DNA of 64,000 bases. It comes from Tubulanus polymorphus (lineage: Eukaryota > Animalia > Nemertea). Positions 1 to 11,100 of the stretch are shown here, piece by piece. The position numbers were made by a program, and so were the translations under genes. Location of the stretch: assembly GCF_964204645.1 (NCBI RefSeq), contig NC_134026.1:6285950-6349949 (forward strand), in the 5' to 3' direction. Every line of letters starts with the position of its first letter. Position 1 is the stretch's first letter. Below the pieces are notes generated by a model, which was given only the letters and a program-made list of their open reading frames with translations, had not been told where the DNA came from and made no database searches.

Positions 1-180
1 ATGAAAAGGTGAGAGGAAGATGGAGGGAGGGTAGGAGAAAGAGAGGAAGATGAAAGAAAAGGTAAGGAAAGTGAGAACAAGTGGGGAGAGAAGGAGAGCA
101 AGAGAAAGTGGGGGAGAGATGAAGAGAGGCAGCAGGGTAGAGAGCAGGGAGAGCGAGAGAATGAGGGAGAGAGAAAGTAG
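1..180. repeat. Purine-rich (GA) low-complexity tract
   Basis: Almost only G/A (gagagg, ggaaga); ORF 50-241 is a compositional artefact. Confidence 0.8.
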
Positions 181-2334
181 TGACAGTAAAAAAGCAAGTC
201 TGACTCAGATAAAAACTGTCGGTGCTCAACGTTCTGGATAAACCACTCATCAATGATTTGATCCATGTTTAAACCATGCAATCATTCTTCACAGTCGTGT
301 TCTATCAACTGAATGAACGTCTCGAAGGATCTCTTTCAAATCGACGAAGTCTTCGAAGTGAGCGAAGCTACCTTTGAAGACGAGAAGCGAATTTCGTGTC
401 GAACTTTTTTCGTTCATTGACTTCCGATAATTTTCAGCAGCAGCAGCAGCAGCGACGACGTCGCACAAAATATCAAATATATCAGATAGCCTCGAGTGGT
501 TTTTGAATAATTTACATGACTATCGATCAAAACTGGAAACCACTATCGGAATAATCGGTCAAATATAGTGAATGCAGTCTACAAACTTATAACAGATACT
601 GTTTAGAGAATTAACGGTTTAAACTGTGATAAACTTAACAACTGTAAACTTGTTACATTGCTATAAACTTCTGTATCAAATTTCTGCCATGTTGATGCTC
701 AGACTCGGCGTCAATACGAGTGCCATTCGTCAAGACCAGTTTCCTAAAATGTTGTATATCGATAGATTTATCAATATCCAGAATTCTTTACTTCAAGACA
801 TTATTGTTTTTTACAATAATCATCCTCCCTGAGTGCACATCTTGGAGTATTGTTGTTGGTTCTTTGGGTGCATTTAAGATTTATTTGTGTATTTCTAGTT
901 CTTTTTTTATCTTAAAATAGGGATAGGGATTGACCCGTTTTCCATTTGATTGGTAGAATTTGTTTGATTATTGTTTTGATTTGGTGTAGCTTACATACCC
1001 ACCACCACCTGCCGGGAGCGAAATAGGGGGTTTGATTTTGAAATCGGAAATCGAAGTACAGATACAGTTGTGCGATGGGCAGTTGAATTTACAGAATTTC
1101 TGTTTACATCGAAATACATAATTTGAAATTCAGTTCCGGTTCATTCAAACTATCTTCCGACCAGCCTGAACTGGCAAGTGACTAGTTCTTAACGTCTATG
1201 ACAATTCGTGTCTCATTTCTGAAGGTAGATGAGTTGAAACCTTTTCAGAACTGTAGATCTGGGTCCATGTAGACTTCTATATGACCTGGAACATTTCAAT
1301 TCTCGTCTAAGACGCTGCTACCTTTGTTAGAGAGCAGTTTTATTACAATATATTGAGATTAATTTGCACGCTTTCAGTTCATGCTCTAATCATAATCACG
1401 TATATAGAATATCTGTGTAATGAATATAGCAAATGTATCGAAATGTAAATATTTAGTCATATAATGCGAATGTTATGATGTGGGTTTTTCTTTCTGTTTA
1501 CTATTACGTATATACGGGGTACCTGTCAGAAATTCACTACGCGAGCGGGCGCATACCGAACGACGAGACTTCAAGTTACAGAATGAAGCACGCTTCAGAA
1601 TGAAATTTCAACGCTGTCGACTCATTTTCAATAGACTTGTAAGAAAAAGCTATTTCTTAGTTCAGGTGTATGAGTTTGTTTAGGTCTGCGGAACCCACTT
1701 CGCTTCGCGTGTTCGTTCTTTATTATTTAAAAGACTCTCCAGTCAAGCCTTTCGGGGTTCCCTGAAGGCTGCGCGCATTCAAAAGAAACATCTTTATGGA
1801 TAAAAAGAGAAGCTTATGGGTATTGTAGTCTGTTTTATTTCTCTCAAACCGGGGATAGATAGAGATAGCTGTCTGGGTCGAGCGAGGTTTATTCCCAGTT
1901 CGTTTAACATGTACATTATGAGGTAATCGCGTTTCGTTTTTGAAATAGTTTATATCTCGCAGACCAATCAGAAGCTTTTGATACTCCGTTAAAAACCTGT
2001 TCAACACTACTAGACGCGAAGTTTTGAACTTGTAACCGTCTAACAACAACCTGTAGATTACAGATCCTCACCCGCAGCGGGAGTTTAGATTTCTTCGGTT
2101 TGTAAAAAAAATACTGACGATGTTTAGTCATGCGATATTCTCAGGTATTTTGAGATGCCTCGTTTATCATCGCCCCCATCAGGAGACTCCTCCTAGGCAA
2201 ACTAGGTATCCTCCAATCAAGACAGTACCACATTTTTCTCGCTTTCTGTTATGAAGTTTTCGATAAAAACTCAGTTTCTCGAATTTGGTCAAGTTTCACC
2301 TGTTCTTGCTACGGGATCTGGATATATCAGTACT

Positions 2335-2900
2335 TCAGTAGGTTAGATCCAATTTCAGTTCTAAAAGATCTGGCTCTGGTGCAAAGTCCACTGTACCATC
2401 AAACTCTGATATTGCTTTAAATTCAAATGATCCGACTTGAGCGGAGTCTACTGTACCATCCAACTCTGATATCGCTCTCAAGTCAAAAGATCCGACTTGA
2501 GCGGAGTCTACTGTACCATCCAACTCAGATATCGCTCTCAAGTCAAAAGATCCGACTTGAGCGGAGTCTATTGTACCATCCAACTTAGATATCGCTCTCA
2601 AGTCAAAAGGTCCGACTTGAGCGTAGTCTATTGTACCATCCAACTCAGATATCGCTCTCAAGTCAAAAGATCCGACTTGAGCGGAGTCTATTGTACCATC
2701 CAACTCAGATATCGCTCTCAAGTCAAAAGATCCGACTTGAGCGGAGTCTATTGTACCATCCAACTCAGATATCGCTCTCAAGTCAAAAGACCCGACTTGA
2801 ACGGAGTCTACTGTACCATCCAACTCAGATATCGCTCTCAAGTCCAGATCTCACTTAATCGGAGTCTACTGTACCAGCCTTTCAAGTCAAAAGGTTTGAC
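2335..2900. repeat. 60-bp tandem array (about 8-9 units), each unit containing an 8-bp hairpin
   Basis: Successive 60-nt lines 2401-2860 are near-identical (CAACTCAGATATCGCTCTCAAGTCAAAAGATCCGACTTGAGCGGAGTCTACTGTACCATC); CTCAAGTC/GACTTGAG is an inverted pair in each unit. Confidence 0.95.
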
Positions 2901-3476
2901 TTAAGTGCAGTTTACTGTTCTCTACTGTTTGATGAATCTAAGAAACCATGTTGTATTTTTTCTACTCGAATACACACGACAGCTCGGTTATGTAGCGGTG
3001 AGGTCGGGATTGTTGGATTTCTATACGACCGGTGTGTTACGGTATGAATAAACACCGGGCGTAATGTAAATCCCTGTAATAACCTTTCAGAATTACCGGT
3101 ACGAAAATAGAGACGGTTTAATTGCGTCGCCGGAAATGAAGAATCGATGTAACGGTAGCTATCGTTACTGAATCTGATGCGCTAACGAATCGGTAACGAA
3201 TCGGCAATGTTAACATCGAGTGAAATATCAACAAAGTTAAAAACGGTGTCAATTTGCCGAGGTTTTTTAATGGAAATCGCGGAAATGAAAATGTCACGTT
3301 ATACACGCGCGAAACCGAGAAATCGAGTCACACATCAATATTGAGTTTATTTCTAAAAACGCTGAACTATCGGATGCTGAAACGATGTAAACATCAGGCT
3401 TCTGTTCCACGCTCATAAAACTGATCCATTCTATTAGCTTAAGAACTTTTTCATGATGCTGAACAGTTATTGGTGA

Positions 3477-3731
3477 GGCCATCCCAAAATAATTGTCTGT
3501 TTGCTGTAACACCGACTCACAAGTTTTCAGGATGAGTCAGTAGGTAGGTAGAAATATTTTTTTGCAAAATTTTAGGTAAAAAAAAACAAATTTATCAACT
3601 TTTTCATATGGAAACAATATCAAAAATAAAATTTATTTCAACGAATGCTTAAAAAAAAGTTTTCACTTGGTACCTTTGTTGAAGTCGGGTCGGTCGGGTT
3701 ACGGCAAACAGACCATTATTTTGGGATGGCC
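3477..3731. mobile_element. PIF/Harbinger-like MITE (255 bp)
   Basis: TIRs GGCCATCCCAAAATAATTGTCTGTTTGC / GCAAACAGACCATTATTTTGGGATGGCC; 3-bp TGA direct repeats at 3474-3476 and 3732-3734. Confidence 0.8.
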
Positions 3732-5396
3732 TGACTCTGAACAGTTATTGGTGAGGCCTTATTTTTGATAGCTTAGTTTACGGGGTATACCTACTCAAAC
3801 ATCATTTCGGAAGGAATAGAATTTGTTATGAAAATCCCTCGGTGAGAAAATCGATTTTTGAAAGACGAGAAAACCGTCGATTGTGCGATGCATACGTGCA
3901 AACATATGATTCTCCCCTCTGCGATGAAAAAAGAACCTCGCGTTTTTCAATATTTTTCGCAGGGAGGATTCTCATTGGGCGGCGAAGAAAAAAATGAAAA
4001 AAGATTTTTTTTGCTAATTTTCTCAATAAATTCGTTCCCACAGACGAGAATAAAGAAATTAAATTTGTTTTTGTTTGATTTTAATCATAAATTTCGGCAG
4101 GCGTTTCCGAAAACCAAGCTATTTGAAGAGGCCTTGATTAGAGGATTTGAATACAGTGAAATAACATTGTAAAATTAACTGATTTCAGCTCGCTGCAGTC
4201 AAAGAACCGGTTTCAAGTTTTAAAACTGGAAATTTTGTATCGCAGGGTGCTGTTTCACCAAAAAAGGTTTCAAGCATAAATTTGAATTGTTGTCCTCATT
4301 GAAAATCTTAGGTAACCGATCAAAAATGAAAGCAATAATTTGAGTCGAAATATTCCGTGGAACTGCGAGGTCCGGGAGGTCGTATTTTCTAAACGTAAAA
4401 TCACGAAGATGAAAGTATCACATTTTGAATGGAATATTCTTCATTTCGTTCTGTATTTACGATAAAAATGATCGATGAATTTTTCCGCGTTATTCGTCAT
4501 TAATGAAGACGATTCTGTTTGTGCGTGCGTGTTTTTTTCCTGCCGTTGAACGCGAACGCGATCGTCCTTAAAATCGCGTCCATTAACGAAATCCTTCGAG
4601 AGATAAAACGAGATAACCATCGGCGCAACTTACCGAAACCGGTCCGGCGGCGTCGGCTAATGTTCGGCCATTAATCCAAGCGCTCGCTCGGTAAGAGGCC
4701 GAGGGGAGGATAAGGTATTTCGTATAAAAAAAACGGCCATTAGACGCCGTATAGAACGAACTGCAGCTGGGCGGACGTTAATGGCTCCCGTTTCGTGCGT
4801 CCCGAATTTACCGAAATGCGCCGTCGTCGTTCAAGAAATGATCGATCATCGTACAGCTCAATTAAGCGTTCGCGACATTTCGATACGAAAACCGTTCGAA
4901 TAACGATTTATCTCATCTGTTGCTCGCCGAGGTACGGGCCGGGTTACCGTCTCCCCCTCCCCTTCTCCCCGCTCGATTTAGTTATTACGTTGATCCGCTG
5001 TATCCCTCGCCCTCGTTGTATCGAGCTGCGCTTATTATTGCGTTGATCCGCACAATTTTCGCGGTAAACATGAAAAATCGAAGGTAATATTTCTCGTCGC
5101 TCTCGCGGTGACAACAATTTATCGACGTATTTAGAATGGTTTTTATGGCGCGCGATATTGAACTGGCGTCAGTCGACCCAGGCTCCTCTCTCTCTCTATC
5201 CTACCGTGTGTACGTGATACTAACAATATAATCCTCGTCTGAAATGGAATTCAACGCAAACGCTCGCGAAATCGCTCCAAATTGATCGCGCCAGAGGAAA
5301 TGGATACAAATTTATCGTACACATTAACACTGTATAAACCATGCGATTATAAATAAATGTAATCAGTCAATCCAGCTCGGCCTGTCTCTATTGATA

Positions 5397-6028
5397 CGGT
5401 ACTGGATGACTCCAGTTCCATCCCTCCTCTCATCTCACTATGGCACTGGTTGACTCCAGTTCCATCCCTCCTCTCATCTCACTATGGCACTGGATGACTC
5501 CAGTTCCATCCCTCCTCTCATCTCACTATGGTACTGGATGACTCCAGCTACATCCCTCCTCTCGTCTCACTATGGCACTGGATGACTCCAGTTCCATCCC
5601 TCCTCTCATCTCACTATGGCGCTGGATGACTCCAGCTCCATCCCTCCTCTCATCTCACTATGGTACTGGATGACTCCAGTTCCATCCCTCCTCTCATCTC
5701 ACTATGGCACTGGATGACTCAAGTTCCATCCCTCCTCTCATCTCACTATGGCACTGGATGACTCCAGCTCCATCCCTCCTCTCATCTCACTATGGCGCTG
5801 GATGACTCCAGTTCCATTCCTCCTCTCATCTCACTATGGTACTGGATGACTCCAGCTACATCCCTCCTCTCATCTCACTATGGAGCTGGATGACTCCAGT
5901 TCCATCCCTCCTCTCATCTCACTATGGTACTGGATGACTCCAGCTCCATCCCTCCTCTCATCTCACTATGGTACTGGATGACTCCAGCTCCATCCCTCCT
6001 CTCATCTCACTATGGTACTGGATGACTC
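5397..6028. repeat. 44-bp tandem array (about 14 units) with an internal hairpin
   Basis: Unit ACTGGATGACTCCAGTTCCATCCCTCCTCTCATCTCACTATGGY recurs at 5401, 5445, 5489 and onward; degenerate copy near 6200-6270. Confidence 0.95.
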
Positions 6029-6559
6029 TAAATTGATGAGTTTTTGATAATGGCTCATAGCATTGAGCCTGAAAATCACTATTGTCTTAGTTTTGAAAAT
6101 GGCCCTTGAATTGTAACATCACTACTCTCTTAGTTTTTCCTTCTTTATTGTGGACAGTCACTTGTCCATGGAGACCAATCACTCCAGCTTTCTCTTTTCT
6201 CTAACTGTGGTACCGCCGGATTACTCCAGTTCTCTCCCTTCTCTCACTATGGTTACTCGATAGCTTCAGCTCTCCGATGCCTTCAGTTTTATCTATTCTA
6301 TCGTAATTAGTATTTTCAGTGTCTAGTGTCTAGTAATTGATGCTATGTATCAGTGATGGATGTTAGTTATACTTTCAGTTGATACTTGACTGAACTATTT
6401 TATCTCCTAAGTTAATATTAATAAGTAAAGACGCTCCAGTTTTGTCTGCGCTTTCTACAATCGAATATACATGTGTATAAAAGTTCAGGCAGAAAAATGG
6501 ATGCAATATTCAACCTAAAAGAATTCCAGAACCCTATAAACCTGAACACCATCCCTTTC

Positions 6560-6620
6560 GACATTTGAACAGTGGAACTTTCTGTTTCAAGCCTGGTATG
6601 CTAACCACTACACCATGAAG
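6560..6620 (-). mobile_element. tRNA-derived SINE head (degenerate)
   Basis: Minus strand reads CATGGTGTAGTGGTTAGCATACC...CTGTTCAAATG: Pol III A-box-like and B-box-like motifs, but no intact cloverleaf. Confidence 0.45.
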
Positions 6621-8190
6621 CCATGAGTGGATCAGTGTGGTGACCATGATGAGTGGTATGTCGACCATATTTAGTATTCAATAGAGTTTTCAATCGGGCC
6701 CATTAGCAATTAAGCTAATTAAGGCATCTTTTATATAAAGCTACAAGATAATTAGGATTTGAAATCATCTGCTTTGCATAATATTTCATGACGATAATGT
6801 TAATATTGCTTCCCGATCCAAATTTTCTAATATTGGACTGTTCTCATAGATACTAGGTTCACAAGTTTTTTTAAGGGGTGCCAGACGTCCGGTCAGCGGT
6901 TTAGTAGCGATGCCGCCCTGGGTCAAGTGATGGTAGTTTGCACAGCAATGACAGCCCTCGTATGCCGGGGTCGATGATTTAGACGCTTTACACAGTGGTA
7001 TGTAATTGCGTGTAGATCCCTGCGAGACCGAAAATCATGCTCTCGTTCCGTTGTTGAAATGTCCACCATTGACGGGGCTAACAGGAATCCGATATAGCTA
7101 TATCCAGTAGTCATTATCTGTGCGCGCATACTCCGCACTAACAGACAGGCGCATCACTATGATCTAAATATTTGATATATGCGACCCCCGTCAAGTGATA
7201 TAGACACATTTTTAACGTGTACTCATTACATTCGTATTAAATGATTTACCGTCATGATGGATTATCTGTCTGCACGCGCGAAGGTAATGGTATTGACGCA
7301 GGATTTAGCGGGAATGAGTTTTGAGTTTGTCCTGAAACATTGACGCGAGGTGACGGAGTTCACTGACACCCGCGCCTGGCGATACTGAATTCATGAATTG
7401 ATAATTACAACTCGCGGCCGGAATTAATATCGTTAATTACCCGACGCCTTTGTTGGTTTATTCATCGGCGATTTCAGGGATCGTAGAATCATGGAACGTA
7501 ATGAGGCAGGTCGTGGCAGCAGTAGCAGTAGCCTCTTGTAGCCGAAGTCTGTAATTAACTGAGATTGATTACGCGTAATTAGCGTTACGACTGATTTGAC
7601 CGTCGGGTCCTCGGGGAATCTATGAATCATCACTGATAAAACACTTGTTGTTGGTCTGGTCCGTGATCTACCTACACGATTAACGTTCGTCGATGAGTGA
7701 ATTTTTACGATACCGTTCTCAGAAATCTTTACGAATTCCCATAAAATCTCGCGCCACGTTCCCAGGTGATTTTGATGACTACTTCAGCAATTTGTCATCG
7801 TCACTAAGACCAGTCAAATGTCCCTTCCTCAGCAGCCAATTTGCTTCTCCCTGAAAATGTTCTGTTAACCATGATTTATGGCAAACTTCAAAGTATTTGA
7901 AATGGAGCTCAGTCCCTGAAATCTTTGTCTTGTGTCCCTGCCTTGAGAAGAGCTTATTTCTTCTTTTGTTTAGCATTTTTCTGCAAACTTCCTGATTCAT
8001 TCCGCTGTATCATCCCTAGGTTGCAGGTTGCTCTCTAATCAAAGACTAATTGGTCGAACCATCGATCAGAACATCTTAACAATCTTCAAAAATCTTCCCA
8101 TTAACTCTCACGACTACCGTATACCTCTATATCCTCTGTGTCAAAATGTTCCTCAAAGAATCAATCATAAATCTTTTTCTATCTTTGCAG

Positions 8191-11100
8191 GTGATTTGAC
8201 GACGACGTCCAGATGTCAAGGTCAATACTTGAATCTAAACTGCGGTCCGTCTGCTATTCTGTTGTTTGCGTCTGCCACGTACGGTCGGACGGAGCGCGAC
8301 ACATGCGGCGCGATCGGGAAGAGCAGTTGTTATAAAGATGTCCAGTTGAAGATGAAACGGATGTGTTCGGGACGTCAGGAGTGTCACACGGCGGTCATCG
8401 ATGAACAGTTTGATAATCCGTGTCACGGAGAGAAAGCTGAACTTACCGTTACTTATAAATGTGTTTCAGGTATGTATGCGCTTTACCTAGGTTCGATGAG
8501 GTACCGGCGACAGACACCAGATGGCGCAATCATTGGGCTATTCGTTAGTGTAAATTAGTTCAAATTCAAATACACTAATCCTTGCTTTACTCAGACATAT
8601 CCAACTCAGACTTTTGACTAAGTCAGACAAAAATGAAATCATTTCTGACTTCCTAATGTATTTCCCTATCCTTCGTACTTTGTATACCTCGGACCAATTT
8701 TGCCGATGCCAGTTTGTTGAGTTAGACGAGGTTTTCTGTATCATCTAACAAGTCTTGAATAGGTATGAGATTCTCTTCCCCACCCAGTGTATGGTATAGA
8801 TTTCACTGCATACATTGATTTTTTCTAATAAGAAAAGTTTATACGAATTGAATTGAAATTCAGAAGGAATTGAAGGGCGGTAAACCAATAACTACTAATA
8901 GCGACACCTTGTGGATGGTCGCAGAATCCTCGCTTGCCACAGTAGCAGTTCCGGTACCCCATTAGATTATTCAACTGTTTATTTGCACAGCGTAATGTAA
9001 ACTGTGCCTCCTTACTCGTCGACTACGATGGGATTGTGAATAGTTTCACCGAGTTGAGAATCAGGAGAATAAATAGTTAGGTCTTTCCAATTAGATTTAG
9101 GTAAAATTCGCCGGACTTGACTAGTATGGAGTACAAGGAGTCTGAAATAAAACTGTTTTTGAGATGAGAACCCTGTAGGAGATACAGATTTCGAACAATA
9201 GATTTCGTTTGTTTATGATGCCACCTCTATTTGTATTATCTATTCCGGCGCGACTGATTAGGTTTTTTTTTTTTTTTCACATGGAAACTATCTAATCATA
9301 TCTACATGATAGTTATAACTACTGCTTGTTATTTATCTATGCAATTATTAGTATCAAGGGTCAGTCGTTTATTACTCGTGCAGGAGGTGCAGGGGCCTAG
9401 AATAAATCAAGTGTCTCCGAATGTAAAAAAGAGTTTGAAATTGTCAGAAATTTTTGAAAGAAAATAAATGCCTCTCTCTATCAGTTATCAACGGTAGATC
9501 TCTGAGGAGATTTTCATGAAGAAGATAATGATATCTGATGCATTTTTCTGTTGTAAATTTGGCTTTAGGTGTATTCCCCAGATCTTGCATATTGGACATT
9601 TCGTTATCTTTAAGAGGAAATTTGAAGAATGAAGCTATTGTTTGTGAACGGCATTCAATACTGTAGCATACGAATTAAGCCCAGACTTATAAATGATGTC
9701 TGAAACAAAAATGCGTGCTCCATGTATCCAAAAGCTGCTAGATTTTATCTCAACGTAATCCTGCTTGCAATTTCAAATTGGACGTCAGGTGACACTATTT
9801 TTTCCAACTTTGCCAGATGAGATTCAGTCAGAAGGACACTTTATGATATCCACAGATATGCGCTTATCAAAGGTTCATAATGTAAAAAGGGTAAAGAATT
9901 CTGAGAAATTTAAAAACGTGCCTCTCTTTCTACAGTTATTCACAATTAACGCTGCTGTAGATTCTTGTAACTCATTCGTGGGTCGACTCTGATAATTGTT
10001 CGTCAAGAAATCTATATCTAATCAAATGAAACCGTGAAACTCTGTAAAGGCTAATGTTAAGTCAATTTCGTGCGGAATTTGGCGCCATATTTTTTCGTCC
10101 AATAATTGAATTGTCACATAAAAACTTGATTATCGTTAAAGTGATCAGTACGAATTTAGCGCCGTTGCTGGAAGAGGCTAGAGCGGGCAACTGCATCACG
10201 AAGCCGTTTCATCAATTCTCCTAATCACTTTCCCATACCACTCGCTGATTTTTATCTCCAAGCCCAGCACCACCAGCACCAGCAGCAGCAGTAGCAACTG
10301 ATGGTGCATTTATTCATCTTTGTCAGTCGTGGTACAATAGAATTGAACACAAAGACGTTTCGACTTCCTTTGATTCGAGTGTCCTTATTTCATGCTGTGT
10401 TCAAAGCTTTGTCTTATTAGGACCCTGTCTAATGCAATTCAATCATGCCACCACTTAACTACGATCCTCAGATTTTTGAACGGACTTCGAGTTCTAACAG
10501 CAGCTGTTGGGTTCTGAACCCCTGTAGCTTAGTTGAAAGGATGTTTCTGGCTCGAAACTTCTCTGTGTCACGAGTTATGAGCTTCCGGGGGGGGGGGGGT
10601 CTTGTTACACATAGTCAGGGCTTAGATAAGATCAAAGGACCAAGTTCAATAGCTAATCTACCTTTTAAAACATTAGACCAGTCTTTAGATTTTTGGATAT
10701 CATGATCGTATTAGATAGCTAATTCAACAACCTCTGACCAGTTTTAGGGCAGGTTTCGCTCGAACGAATTCCGATTTAAGGAAAAACAATTCCGGATTAC
10801 AACCTCTCTACCGGCCGCTTCTTTCCGGTTTACAGATATTCCAGACTAGTAGAGTGTATTCTGGTTGAAACAAACACCAGAAAAGATTCCAAAGCATATT
10901 CTGATTGAAACAAATATAGAAGAATATTCCGGAATTGGTGGTGACCAATCATCGAAACCTCCCTAAGCTAGTGCTATGTGTGCTACCGGCCGGCCGTGGA
11001 CTCATTGGTATATAAAAGAAGACATTTCTACTGTCTGCACGAGACGCATTTTAAGCACGGAGTTGTCGTGGTATAACCACGGTGATACTATTGTCAAATT

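Noticed and set aside
626-920. ORFs 626-832 and 720-920 as first exon of the receptor
   Set aside because: The ATG frame is not hydrophobic and stops; the hydrophobic frame has no ATG; no strong phase-1 donor.
5397-6028. CRISPR-like array of palindromic repeats
   Set aside because: No unique spacers, no cas genes, eukaryotic context; an ordinary minisatellite. The same applies to 2335-2900.
6560-6620. tRNA gene (also about 22365-22430 and 46090-46150)
   Set aside because: A/B-box-like motifs only, no foldable cloverleaf; treated as SINE remnants.
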